NCBI GenBank assembly: GCA_002633005.1
Contig: NMRA01000211.1
Coordinates: 626,041 to 690,040, forward strand
Direction: 5' to 3'
Length of the DNA stretch: 64,000 bases
Origin: Phoronis australis
Taxonomy: Eukaryota; Animalia; Phoronida
Position numbers and translations under genes: made by a program. The notes beneath the pieces are model-generated. The model saw only the letters and a list, made by a program, of their open reading frames with translations, was not told the origin of the DNA and did no database searches. This document shows, piece by piece, positions 25,488-36,338 of this stretch (its first letter is position 1; each line of letters opens with the position of its first letter).

Positions 25488-25729
25488 GTTACAGACTACA
25501 TGATTTTCAGATTAAAGTAACTGACGTCCCAGGTACTCCAACTAATAGAAAACAAGGCGATTATAAGTTGTGCAACTTCTACAGCGGATCTTTTCCCGAA
25601 GGAGCGACAGTGAGAGTTCAATGTGAAGCTTGCCCAACATATGGTCGTTATTTGATTATACAGATACCTGGACAGTCTGAGGTTCTTACGCTGTGTGAAG
25701 TTGAGGTGACTGGCAAATTGCGAACTTAG
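25488..25729 (+). CDS. PAN/Apple-F-type lectin gene, exon 3: F-type lectin domain C-half and stop
   Basis: TTTTTTGTAG acceptor, phase 1. GYRLHDFQIKV...LC...C...GRYLIIQIPG...LTLCEVEVTG. Exons 340+219+242 = 801 nt give an intact 266-aa ORF. Confidence 0.92.
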
Positions 25730-27399
25730 GCAACAGTCACACCCAGGAATAAACTCTTCTGTGATACGAGGCGAGAACATTTGCAACGAAGGCAACAGCG
25801 GCCGGTGCTGCACTCAACACCGGGCACATCTCATAGAGTAGGCACACAATATAAACCTTTTGTATTTTAACCCACCGTATGACAGCATCTCGTGATGTAC
25901 AGTAGCTCATAGTGTGGTGTCAGGTGGAAGCTCAAGTGTGAGCCACCTTTGCAATTTTTTTTTTTCATGAAATGTACTCGAAGCAGACGACATCAGTACA
26001 GTAATGCGACGTTGTGTAGGGTGACATAATTGTTGTTCAAGCTCACACCAAACAGAAGACAGTTGCTCTTGCTTGTCAGTTTCCGTCGAACAAAAGGAAG
26101 AAATCTGCAATCTGTTCTATCGTCGCTGCTGTGACGAAACGTACCTGTATCATAGACCTGTCCTCATTTCTATTCACCTGACTTTCACGAAAATTTTCAG
26201 TCACAAACTATAGAAAACTCAAAGTTCACAACAGACTATCCAGGTACGTCTTTTATGCGTCTCTTTGACCTCATGCGGTATGAAAATTATTTCGTTTAAC
26301 TGTTCCAGCCAGTGAGATACTCAGCTGGGTAGCGTCCCGTAGACCCACTTTCTTGCGAGAAAAGCAAGACTTTTACAAAATCGCGTTTGTAAAAGGCGAG
26401 TGCTTCGCCAGTATGCTGGGGAGCTTGCTAGCCTACCCTAGCAAAATGGCGGAAAGTAAAGTCATTGGTAGAAGAGGTTGGAATTATGGGATCGAGTTAA
26501 TAGATCATAGAATGAAGTTCACTGTTTATGCGACGTAATTGAAGGATTTTCGTGGCTAGTGCAAGCTAATGAATTGAGTCCACTTAACACAACCCGGGTT
26601 TTCGGGCACACCCCTCATGACTTAACGCTGACTGTGTCACAATGTTTGTCCTAATTGTGTGCATGTAGGAATCTAGTCGGTAACCGGTCGTCCAACCGAC
26701 TCCGACCAAACCAACACTTAATTATTACAGCCACAGTTGTGAAAATAAAAACAACACTGGATGTAGCATGATAACAGATGGTTTGCATGGAATATTCAAG
26801 AGCCAGCACTGCAGCGGGCTGAGCGCCGAGTGGTGTACTTAAAATTCGCAGACAAGTCGGCTGTTCTTCCGACCGGTCACCGACATGTGTGCGATCGGTT
26901 GGACAAAGCTTTGTGACCTTGGCTGTAATTTGCAATGGGTTAGTGGATTGAAAGTAATACCATTAAGTCAGGTTTTAATATCGGAAACAGAGAACTGTCG
27001 GCAAATGCTGCAATGGACGCGAATCGATCCATTTCATGGCGAAAAGGTAGAGGCACTGGACATTCCTCATAGCTCTTGTCTCTGGCTGTGAGGGTTTTGC
27101 CTCACAAGCCGTTGAGTGAGGCGAACGTCACTCTTAGATTTTTTACCTGGCAAGCGCAAATCCTCACAGCATCCTGGCAAGGTGAGTTTAGTGCTTAGAC
27201 AAGTAGTCGTGCACTGCCTCCCCCAACCCATGGGCAGTAAATCATACCCTCACAAAACCAAAGTAGATAAAAATACAGTGAAACGTAAAGTGTGACTAAA
27301 CTATAAAATACTCAAAATTGTGGGACAATCTAATGTTCTCACGTGGGGGAAGAATTCTCTCTTCATTTCTCGGAATGTATGGAGCATCAGGTGCTAACT

Positions 27400-28470
27400 A
27401 AAAGTGAGAGCGGTTTCTGGTCACATTTTGCGTATTACTTCTGGCTGTGTGGCCCAGCGGCAGTCATGTGATCAGGAGCATACGGAGCAGACATGTTGTC
27501 AGTTTTTAAATTGCAGAGCAACAACCGTATCGCTAACGTGTATGTACCACGGGAGAACACCCCGATGTTGCAGACTCACTAAAGATTTTTTTGTTTAGCC
27601 TTTTTAGAGTATCGCGAGATACAATGTCAGAAATGGGCACTTGTGGCAATAACATTTCAATGCTAGTTTCAAATAACAATTCTGCAGGTGTAAAACCAGT
27701 TGTAGTGTGTGGAGTTGCACGATCGTTTGGCAGCATTGTGAATAGTTCTTGTCACCATGACTTGCTTTCCACGGTAGCCTTTCTGATCGCTTTGTTCAAA
27801 GTTTTCATAAATGTTTCTACGGTGACATTGTGATTAACACCATGGTAGACCAGGAATCGACAAAATGCTCTACTCCTGAAGGGGGGGGGGTCCATTGTCA
27901 GTCTTGAGAACTTCAGGTGTAGGCCTATCATGTGCATAGATTTTGTCAAGGACATGTATAGTCTGTCAAGCTGAGGTAGAGTGGTAGTTCCCTACTCACG
28001 AACTCAACTAAAATCATCAATGACTACCAAACAGTAGTCGCCAGATAGAAACGGAGGCAGAGGCAAACATCGTCCTTGAATTAGCGAATAGCGACGTTCA
28101 GCGCCATCTAACGTGCGAGATACGTATGCCACAGCACGGGCCACTTCCTCATTGTTTCAGCCGTAATGGATTTTGGTCAAATTCGCGCCTAGACGGACCG
28201 CAAGGGAATCGTTAAGCAGCCCAGAATCCTCTGTAATATTAAAACATGACATGACAGTATACATGTAGCTAGTTAGTCTAAATTCGAGTGCAGGGACTGC
28301 CTTGCAACACTCGGTACTCCACAAATAAACAGTAGCAAGACGGGGTACAACGTTTTGCAAGTAGTTAGCCATCACCAACAAATATTTGACTTGGAGTTTA
28401 TTAGTGGGAGGAAGTATTGTTTAGTGCTTACTGTTTCTTTGGATCAGGAGATCCACTTGAGCACTGAATA
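27400..28470 (-). mobile_element. Degenerate Gypsy LTR-retrotransposon pol (RT/RNase H/integrase remnants)
   Basis: Fragments AVAYVSRTL..AERRYS, LVVIDDFS, TDNGPP, ETFMKTLNKAIR and RATPHTTTGFTPAELLF occur in Gypsy domain order with frameshifts and deletions. Confidence 0.85.
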
Positions 28471-29114
28471 GGTTTCTAAGGTATGGGACCCGTTTCATAA
28501 AAACTGACTGAAGGTCTAAGACCAACAATTGTGTAAGTTAAGACAGCTATCGACGAAAGTTATTACCGTAGACGAAAAACCAGAAACGACCATTTCGTAA
28601 ACACAAGTTGGATTTTGGTCTTCCGTCTTAACTTAGCCTATATTAAGTCGGTTTTGACATAAGTGAGTGTAAAAACTACGTATTCGTTACCTGTTGCGAA
28701 ATCACGAAACTAAGCGAGATGGTGTGTGAAATACGGTTTCAAGAATAACATTGGTCTTGAAAGCCTTAAGGCTGATTTATTTACATTTTGGATACGACTG
28801 GAATCTTGCTTGCTTGAAAAGACCCTGGCTGGAAAATAGCATTTCGGATGTTCCGATAAGCCACTGTGATTTGTCTATGGGCATATTGCCGGTTCTCGGA
28901 TCAAGTTGACATTGTTGATGGACATTAGATTATGAAAAATAACAGTTTACAGATATGATAGTATGATAGTCGTAAATTTTGTTCATTCAGACTAAAGGTC
29001 CGCCATAAGCCTACTCCATATGAAAATTAGTTTCGGTTTTTGATTAGACGGATTTCGGCCTTGATTTTGGTCTTAAGGAATCCGTAAAACCGGGCAAAGA
29101 CATTTTATGCAATT

Positions 29115-29250
29115 CCTCCGTCGTTCAGTCAGACATTCAGAAGGTCTACAGTCATGATGTGCATCAACAACTGGAATTCTCTTCCAGTCTCTGTTAAGGA
29201 AAGCAACTCTTTTACGAGTATAAAAAATAATTTTAGAACTGTTTTTCATA
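29115..29250 (+). mobile_element. CR1/L2-type LINE 3' fragment
   Basis: Translates to NNWNSLPVSVKESNSFTSIKNNFRT, the typical WNSLP C-terminal motif. Confidence 0.55.
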
Positions 29251-29836
29251 ATTTTGTTAACTCAACTCCCTTGACTCAATGCAATGTGTGTGCATTAACA
29301 CTATAAACGTTGGTGAGCGATGAGATACTAAAATTGAGGGATTGTAGCAGACTTTTCGGCCGGGTGCGCCATGCCTTTGTCGATGACTGGAGTATCTGGA
29401 GTATTTCCCGTTATGCGCCCTTTTGTGCAAGAACTCTCTGAACGTCTGCAACGCACAAGACCTATGGGATCTCTTCATACATGAAACCTATTATCACCAT
29501 TCGTTCATTGCTCGTTAGACCTATCTGAAAAGACCAAACCCCAATGGAGAAACAATCTTGTGTTATTTGCCAGCTTATCTGTGACCCACCTGGATCCCAA
29601 TCACATTTGTATTAGGAACAAAAAGATGATTTGGAACCAGGTTTCAAAGAACACAAAAATCTCGACAGGTCGACTGCTGTTGATGAACTCAAATTGGCCA
29701 TGTGGCTCGTTAAGATCAGTGTGATGTCTGTTTAAAAATTAAAACAATTCATGAATACAGCAACTAGAAATTTCCCACTCTACTCATATCATCTCGTTGT
29801 CGCTAGAACGGAGTCTTTAACGCTTTGTAACTGTTT

Positions 29837-31870
29837 TCATTTAGAATACAGTGTTTGGTAAAGCAACAGGACAACCGAAAAGGATATCTGCAACAAGCAA
29901 TCCCCCTGAATCCCAACAGCCTGGCTCCATGAGTTACCGCCAGGATATCCGGTTTTAGAAAGGTCGTTTTCTGAGTTACCAGTTTGCTGCGTTTCCGCCA
30001 TAGGCATACGATTTTCCTGTACCACCACCATCGAGGTAAGAGATGTTACAAAATTATACTTAAGTGACATTGTTAAGGCTTCATTTTTCAAGATCTTTTT
30101 CTTCGTTTCTTCTTCCTCCATTGATGATCTCAGAAGCAATGTCTTTATCCATTTGTATGCGTAGACGCGCTCCACCAGATCACAGTCACCATACGATGCA
30201 CTGGTAACTGATGTGGTATACTCCTTTTGACCAGATGTGGACAAACCAACAACTTTTACTTCAAAATCTCGTGGTGCGTTAGGAAGGAGTGTGCCTACAA
30301 TTACAACCTCAGAACCGTCAAAATATTGTGAAACTTCGGAATCGCTCACCTGGTTGCTAGAAACCGCGGCTTCTGGGTATACAATGTTTACGTTCTTGAG
30401 CACAGGCGACGCAATACGTCTGTAGAAGAAGTGGAGCTGTTGAGACATGTCCTGGCGGTCGTAACTGCCGTCAAATATTTTGATCGCATAGCCTCCGTTT
30501 TCATGCGACAATGCGTTGAGAAAGTTGAAGTCAGCACCGGCGCCGAATGCTATGGAGTAAATTGGTATCTGCTTGACATTGAGCTTTTTAATCCCACGCA
30601 GTATGTCGATGGGTGTAGTGAACTTGCCTGCGTTGGGCTGACCGTCAGTTAACAGAATCACATAGGGAGCTAGCTTATCAGTCGTGGATACCGATGGGTT
30701 TAGCTGTTGGAGGGCTCGTTCCAAACCATCATAAAGATTGGTGCCTCCATCCACGACAAGATTGTCACTGCAGTAAGACAGAGCATTCTTTATGTTGTAC
30801 GGCGATGCGCTTTGTAATTCTGATTTCCACTCAACGATTTTGTCATCGAATAACACAATGCAGAATTGGTCTACAGGTTTCAAAAGTTTTAAGATGATAT
30901 TCATGGCAGACCGTGTTTTTGTTATTTTGTCGCCTGACATGGACCCACTAATATCGATAACAAAACAAATCTGACGATTCAGAGTAACCAATGAGCAGTC
31001 ATCTTTGGGTGTGGAAAAATAATGTACAAAAAACGAACTGCATGTTTTGAATACACCAGCGTCACAAGAGTATTTAACAGTATACTTTACTTTGACCAGT
31101 CCCTTAATACCCGATCCTTGCGATGCAGAACTGGGACTGTAGTCAATCGTGGCCATGTAACTTCCATTTTTTACAACAGGCAATGGATTCCCATCAATTC
31201 CTGTTGCGCTCAGGTTTTTTATGCCCTGCGGCTCGTTGAGTTCAACACTCATTTTGAAGTCCGAGACAGCTTGCATGGGATCAACATAAAGATAATGAGT
31301 GTAGTAAAACTTGAACTCGAGCAGTTGTTGATATGTGAGCTCAAACAAAGCAGAAGAATTGGCAGAGATCGTTGTTGTGATTGAAAACATGTCCATACCA
31401 GGCTCCAGAGTAGGGCTCTGGTGGGACTTCACAATCCCAGCCGTTTCATTTCTAGCACGTGCTTTATCGTAGATGTCTTGGGCTTCTTTCTTTTCCTTCA
31501 CAACACCAAAAAAAAATTGACCACCAACTTTCATTGTGAAATTGAATATAAAAGCTTTTTCAGGAAACTGGACATAGAATGCTGCTTCGACTTTTGTTGT
31601 CTGTAGCTTGTTTTCCATTTCGGTGATTACGACGGTTGTGGCAAATCTAGACTTGATTTTGCTTTTTACATGAAGCTTGGTGATCGACGGTTTGGAAAAG
31701 GGCTCATCTTCAGCCTTCCTCCTACGCACAGAGTGGCCATTTACGTGAATACGGGTGTCCATGCTTTCTCTTACCAACATTACATGGTGCTCACGATTTG
31801 CTAATGAAGGGGTATCCAAGCTGACCGTCATTGGGCATAGAAAAAGAACTACAGCTTTGATCCTTAGCAT
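29837..31870 (-). CDS. Inter-alpha-trypsin inhibitor heavy chain-like VIT + vWA protein, 677 aa, single coding exon
   Basis: ATG at 31870 then a signal peptide (MLRIKAVVLFLCPMTVS). VIT domain (SKIKSRFATTVV...FPEKAFIFNF...VKEKKEAQDIY...FELTYQQLL). vWA with intact MIDAS (DISGSMSG, GGTNL, LTDG). SLKYNFVTSLTSMVVV motif. Hydrophobic C-terminal tail. Splice acceptor just upstream of the ATG (about 31897). Confidence 0.93.
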   Translation of the reverse strand: MLRIKAVVLFLCPMTVSLDTPSLANREHHVMLVRESMDTRIHVNGHSVRRRKAEDEPFSKPSITKLHVKSKIKSRFATTVVITEMENKLQTTKVEAAFYVQFPEKAFIFNFTMKVGGQFFFGVVKEKKEAQDIYDKARARNETAGIVKSHQSPTLEPGMDMFSITTTISANSSALFELTYQQLLEFKFYYTHYLYVDPMQAVSDFKMSVELNEPQGIKNLSATGIDGNPLPVVKNGSYMATIDYSPSSASQGSGIKGLVKVKYTVKYSCDAGVFKTCSSFFVHYFSTPKDDCSLVTLNRQICFVIDISGSMSGDKITKTRSAMNIILKLLKPVDQFCIVLFDDKIVEWKSELQSASPYNIKNALSYCSDNLVVDGGTNLYDGLERALQQLNPSVSTTDKLAPYVILLTDGQPNAGKFTTPIDILRGIKKLNVKQIPIYSIAFGAGADFNFLNALSHENGGYAIKIFDGSYDRQDMSQQLHFFYRRIASPVLKNVNIVYPEAAVSSNQVSDSEVSQYFDGSEVVIVGTLLPNAPRDFEVKVVGLSTSGQKEYTTSVTSASYGDCDLVERVYAYKWIKTLLLRSSMEEEETKKKILKNEALTMSLKYNFVTSLTSMVVVQENRMPMAETQQTGNSENDLSKTGYPGGNSWSQAVGIQGDCLLQISFSVVLLLYQTLYSK

Positions 31871-32420
31871 GCTGGTGCTTTTCAAATGGAATGGTCTGAA
31901 ATCTAAAACATAGTTCTTATGAAATGCTCCATGGTAATTGAGTCCGTCGATAATATTCCACCGCTATAAGAAACCAATCTCAGTTAAATGGCTTAACGCA
32001 AAAAGTCAATATTCAAATTTCATCTTGAGTGAGAAACGCCACTGCAAACCTAAACTACACTACGCACGCACTTAAGATTCTTGTAATTATAAAAGCATCA
32101 ACTGGTAGACTCAAGGTTATGTACACGTAGGACCCTGTCGACAAGCCTGGGTATTTAGCCACACATCTTCAAAACTTGAGATTTTTAAGTTTTTAAAAGT
32201 ATGTCTTTTCTGAAAGTACTGTACAATTTGATGTTAGATTCCATATGAATCTCTCATGAATTGGGTCACATAAGTACATGTAAACCTTAGCTCACGAGTG
32301 CACAGCTTGGTGAAAAATGCAAATGGCGGAATGACAGGGAGTAGTAAAACATCGCATCTTCGAGTGAATGAGTTCTTTTGAAGGCCTAGTTGATAAACCG
32401 TTGATAATGTAGAATCATTT

Positions 32421-32652
32421 ATTATAGACAACAGATTCGCAACTCCGACATTTTCTCCCGTACAATCCTAGAGGCGGCGCCACTCTCCTAAATTATCATG
32501 TTCATTTTCCCGTTAGTAAATTGTGACGGGAAATTCTCGCATGTTTTACTGTCCAGTACAACGAAAACAAAATAACAACTTTGGCATTGAAACGCAGTTA
32601 AAAATCTTAAAATAGCAGAAATGTTGGAATCGTGAGTACTTTTAGCAATGCT
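32421..32652 (-). mobile_element. Diverged copy of the P-like element right end
   Basis: Colinear with the reverse complement of 11428-11660 (ATTATAGACAAC.GATTCGCAACTCCG...TTTACTGTCCA...GTGAGTACTTT.GCAATGCT). Confidence 0.7.
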
Positions 32653-33306
32653 CTTACCACACGACCATACAACAGCCGACCTAGACACAGGCGCTTGAGT
32701 TTATCTGTTCCTCAATCACGACTGACGACACTAACTAAGAAAACATAAAGGTTGGACACTCACAATCAGTTTGCTCTGAATTTCCTACTCAAATTTTAAC
32801 GAAACTCCGCGAAACTTGCATCGAACAAATCTTTGAATACCTTCTTTTATTTGATCTCTTCAAATTGCTTTCAAGTGGTAAATGCCAAAAGAATGCCAAA
32901 ATCTCAAATTCAAGAACCTTATTCTGTGATATCATGGCAGACGGTCTTCGAACATCCGGGTTTTTGGCGGACGTTCCCGAGCTAAATTCGAAAGTCTATT
33001 TTCGCGCGCTGTCAATCCCTCGACTACTTGGTCATGAGAAGCAGACAGCACTTTAAAAATATCAGTGCCTAATAAATGTAACTACTCAGAGATATTTGTG
33101 TCAAATATAAATTATCCTGATACTGTATTGATATGCGAAGTTTTTTTTTGTGTACTGTGATTTCTTATGAAGGTTTTACTTTTGGCCAAAACTATTGAGT
33201 TAACTTGTCGGCCACGCGCATTGTAATACTTGCACGGAATGCGTTTCCTGGCCGAGTGTGTGTTGTGCTTCAATCAAAAAAGTGCGTGGTGTCAAGATGA
33301 GAAACA

Positions 33307-33447
33307 AGATACATATAGATTATTACATGGCAAAGCCGTTATCCCCCGTTATCTAGAGCCCGAGTGGATTTTGGAGAATTATCGCCCGAGGGGCGTTAGC
33401 CCCGAGGGGGATAACGACTGAGAACATGTAATAATCTATATGTATCT
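33307..33447. repeat. Short palindromic MITE-like element
   Basis: Perfect 23-bp inverted repeat AGATACATATAGATTATTACATG, with an internal CCCGAGGGG..CCCGAGGGG core. Confidence 0.75.
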
Positions 33448-34778
33448 ATTTATATCACATACTGAACGAGAAACATTGCAATGAATCGATCTACCTTTCT
33501 CGACTCGCCTCGGCTTTGTAACTACTTTCTATGTCAGAGGCCCGGGGTCGGAGGTCTTGACCTTTTAAGAAAAAACGAGATATTTTTGTAAAATAATGCT
33601 TTTACTCAAAACCAATTGAAAAATAAAACAAAGTAGAAATAAACTGAATCTTTAAATTAAGATTTAGCAACTGTTATAGCATACTACACGTTTTATCACG
33701 CAAAGAAACGACCGGGAATATATCGTCTGCTAAAGTAGGTTACCACTAGTAACTGACTATAATGCTCAAGTCAAAGGATCCCGACCACACGACACCTGCA
33801 TTCAAATTGGAGATCGGAGATTTACAAGTGAGAGAACACGAGAGAAAAATTTCACTGAATTAAAATATCGTTTTTATGGAAATTATGCGTTTCATTTTTC
33901 ATAGCGTATAATTGTCGGTGCAATGCCCTTTGCTGAACATGCGATTGTTGCGCGTGCTCATGAGTCAGGGAAAAATTCGATGGAACCTCAATTATGTTTA
34001 AGCTGGGGGTTGGCTATTGAAGGGTTAGATTTCCGTGTACTTATAATCACCGTATCATTTTTACAAAAAAATTCTTCAGGCAATCGTAATTTCGACTACC
34101 CTTGGTGCAAAGCTGTATACGAAATATACAGCTTTACGCCGGTGTGGGTAAAAAACTGGCCAAATAAAATCTGACATAAAATTAGTGTCATTAAAAACTA
34201 GAACACTCTTCCTGTTTAGTGAGATAGAAAAATTGGCGTTCTACAAACATTCGGTTGATAAAGATGTGGAGCGATCATATGCGCCGGCATTTGGCACCAT
34301 GAAATGTAGTGCCATCTTCTGGCCATTTTTTCACCGATTCTTGAATCAACTGTTCTTCTTCCAAGTAGTCGCGTAAATTTCACAACAAATTATCGGAACT
34401 GGTTCCATTTCGTTACAGGTTTTTAGTATGTTTTAGCAGTTTTAACAGTTTGCTGGTATTAAAATACCAGTAAACTGAGTGTCAGAGCAAATTTGTTGCT
34501 GCGAAGCTGCCATCATCTCCCCGGAGAGATGTCGGAAAAAATTAGGAAATGGCGTGTACGCATGTCACGAGCGTAGTGTTTTCAAAATGGCGATAGACTT
34601 TCTTTGTTTCAAAAGGTGGAGAATTATGCAAGAAAATGACGTTTATTACACTGCTTTTCACTCAAACGGCTATAACGAGCAAGATGAGTTTCGATTGACC
34701 CCCCGATTTTGTATGCACCGATGCCGGTTGTTAGCTCTACATATTGATATGATTTTCACTATGAGGGGACGTGTAGAA

Positions 34779-36338
34779 GGATTTTTCTAAAACCCCCTTG
34801 ATCCCCACACCCGATGGCCCCCGCGACCCACGACCTCCTCGACCCACAGCCCACAATCCCCTCGACTCGGTCTACACAAGCTCGACTCGATATAAACATA
34901 AAACAAGTGCCGTGAGCTCGGGTGGCTTTTTCCTGTTTTTTGCAATTAAAAGAATCGATTCGACAATTTTGAAAGCCAAAAACTGACAAAACGAATTTAA
35001 TCAAAGACCTACCAACTTGACAAATGTCGTTCCCAGCAAATTGTTATCATCTCGTCTGTTCTTCAGTGAATGGTAGATCCAATTTTTGGGAGAGTGCGCG
35101 AAACCGACTAATGTGTAATTTCTTCAGTAAAGAGCTTGAAAAAACAGACTGTTAACTAAAAAAGTACGGAAATTGCCGGTTTGTCGCGTAAAGTCACGAT
35201 GTCGATAACTCTACACTTAGCCGCCAGGAGAAAAACTATTGAGTACTTCCGTAACTGATCGGCAATTTCCGTACCGTCCTTGACCTCGAGCGGACCCAAG
35301 ATAAANNNNNNNNNNNNNNNNNNNNNNNNNNNNNNNNNNNNNNNNNNNNNNNNNNNNNNNNNNNNNNNNNNNNNNNNNNNNNNNNNNNNNNNNNNNNNNN
35401 NNNNNNNNNNNNNNNNNNNNNNNNNNNNNNNNNNNNNNNNNNNNNNNNNNNNNNNNNNNNNNNNNNNTTAGAGTCTGAAAGCAAATTTCCTACCGATTCC
35501 GAAAATGTGGTCCAAAAGTACTGTCAACCAACTAGTTTTTTGGCAATTCTTGCTTGTTTGAGGGCTACCTAAAATCACAGCCAATTTCTCGGTCGCTACT
35601 CAACAATGCACAATTGCAGCCGGGGGCCGCCATCTTGAAGAAGAGTGCAGCTACAGCCAAGAAAGTGGCCTTTTTTTATTCACAGCATGTTCACAAATAC
35701 AAACAAACCACATTCACTGAGCCTACGTGCAATGCCCACCTACAAAATGCCCCCAAACTTGGCCTAACCCAAAATTTCTATATTTTGGGAGTGCAAATTG
35801 GCCGCGGCCGCAGCCTAACTATTCAGTGCCACCAAAAGAGTGTGTGGGCTTTTTGTGAACATTTTTGTTCTTTGACTGCGAATTTCTTACGAAGTCGCCG
35901 GAACAGGACACCGTGGGAGAAAGAACAATTCTTCATGGTTTGTTGAACCTCTGTTATGTATAAATTTATTGAGTTTTATGTTTACTATGGACGGCTGAAG
36001 TGAAGCACCCGTGGAATTTCTATTCCGGAGTGACATACCTTGTAGTATTATATGTAGTGTATTGGGGATGATCAGAAGCTGAGGACGCCTGTGTTTTTAA
36101 CTACCAGATTTGAGCCAGAGCAGCTTCGCGTGTAGGTAAGTCTTATGGGAAGGTTGTTCAGCGACTTAACAGGATTATGAAATGTGTAAAAAGTGCAAAG
36201 ATACATCTATTGCCACAGGTCATGGGTAGAAGAAGTTGCGGGTCATGTGCCGTGGGGGTTTTGAGTCGAGGGGGTCGTGGGTTGAAGGGGTCGTGGGGTA
36301 TGGCGGTCGAGGGGATCCAGGGGGTTTCAGAACAATCC
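34779..36338. mobile_element. Non-autonomous DNA transposon with GGATT.TTCT TIRs (spans an N gap)
   Basis: Left end GGATTTTTCTAAAACCCCCTTGATCCCC matches the reverse complement of the right end, GGATTGTTCTGAAACCCCCTGGATCCCC. Confidence 0.7.
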
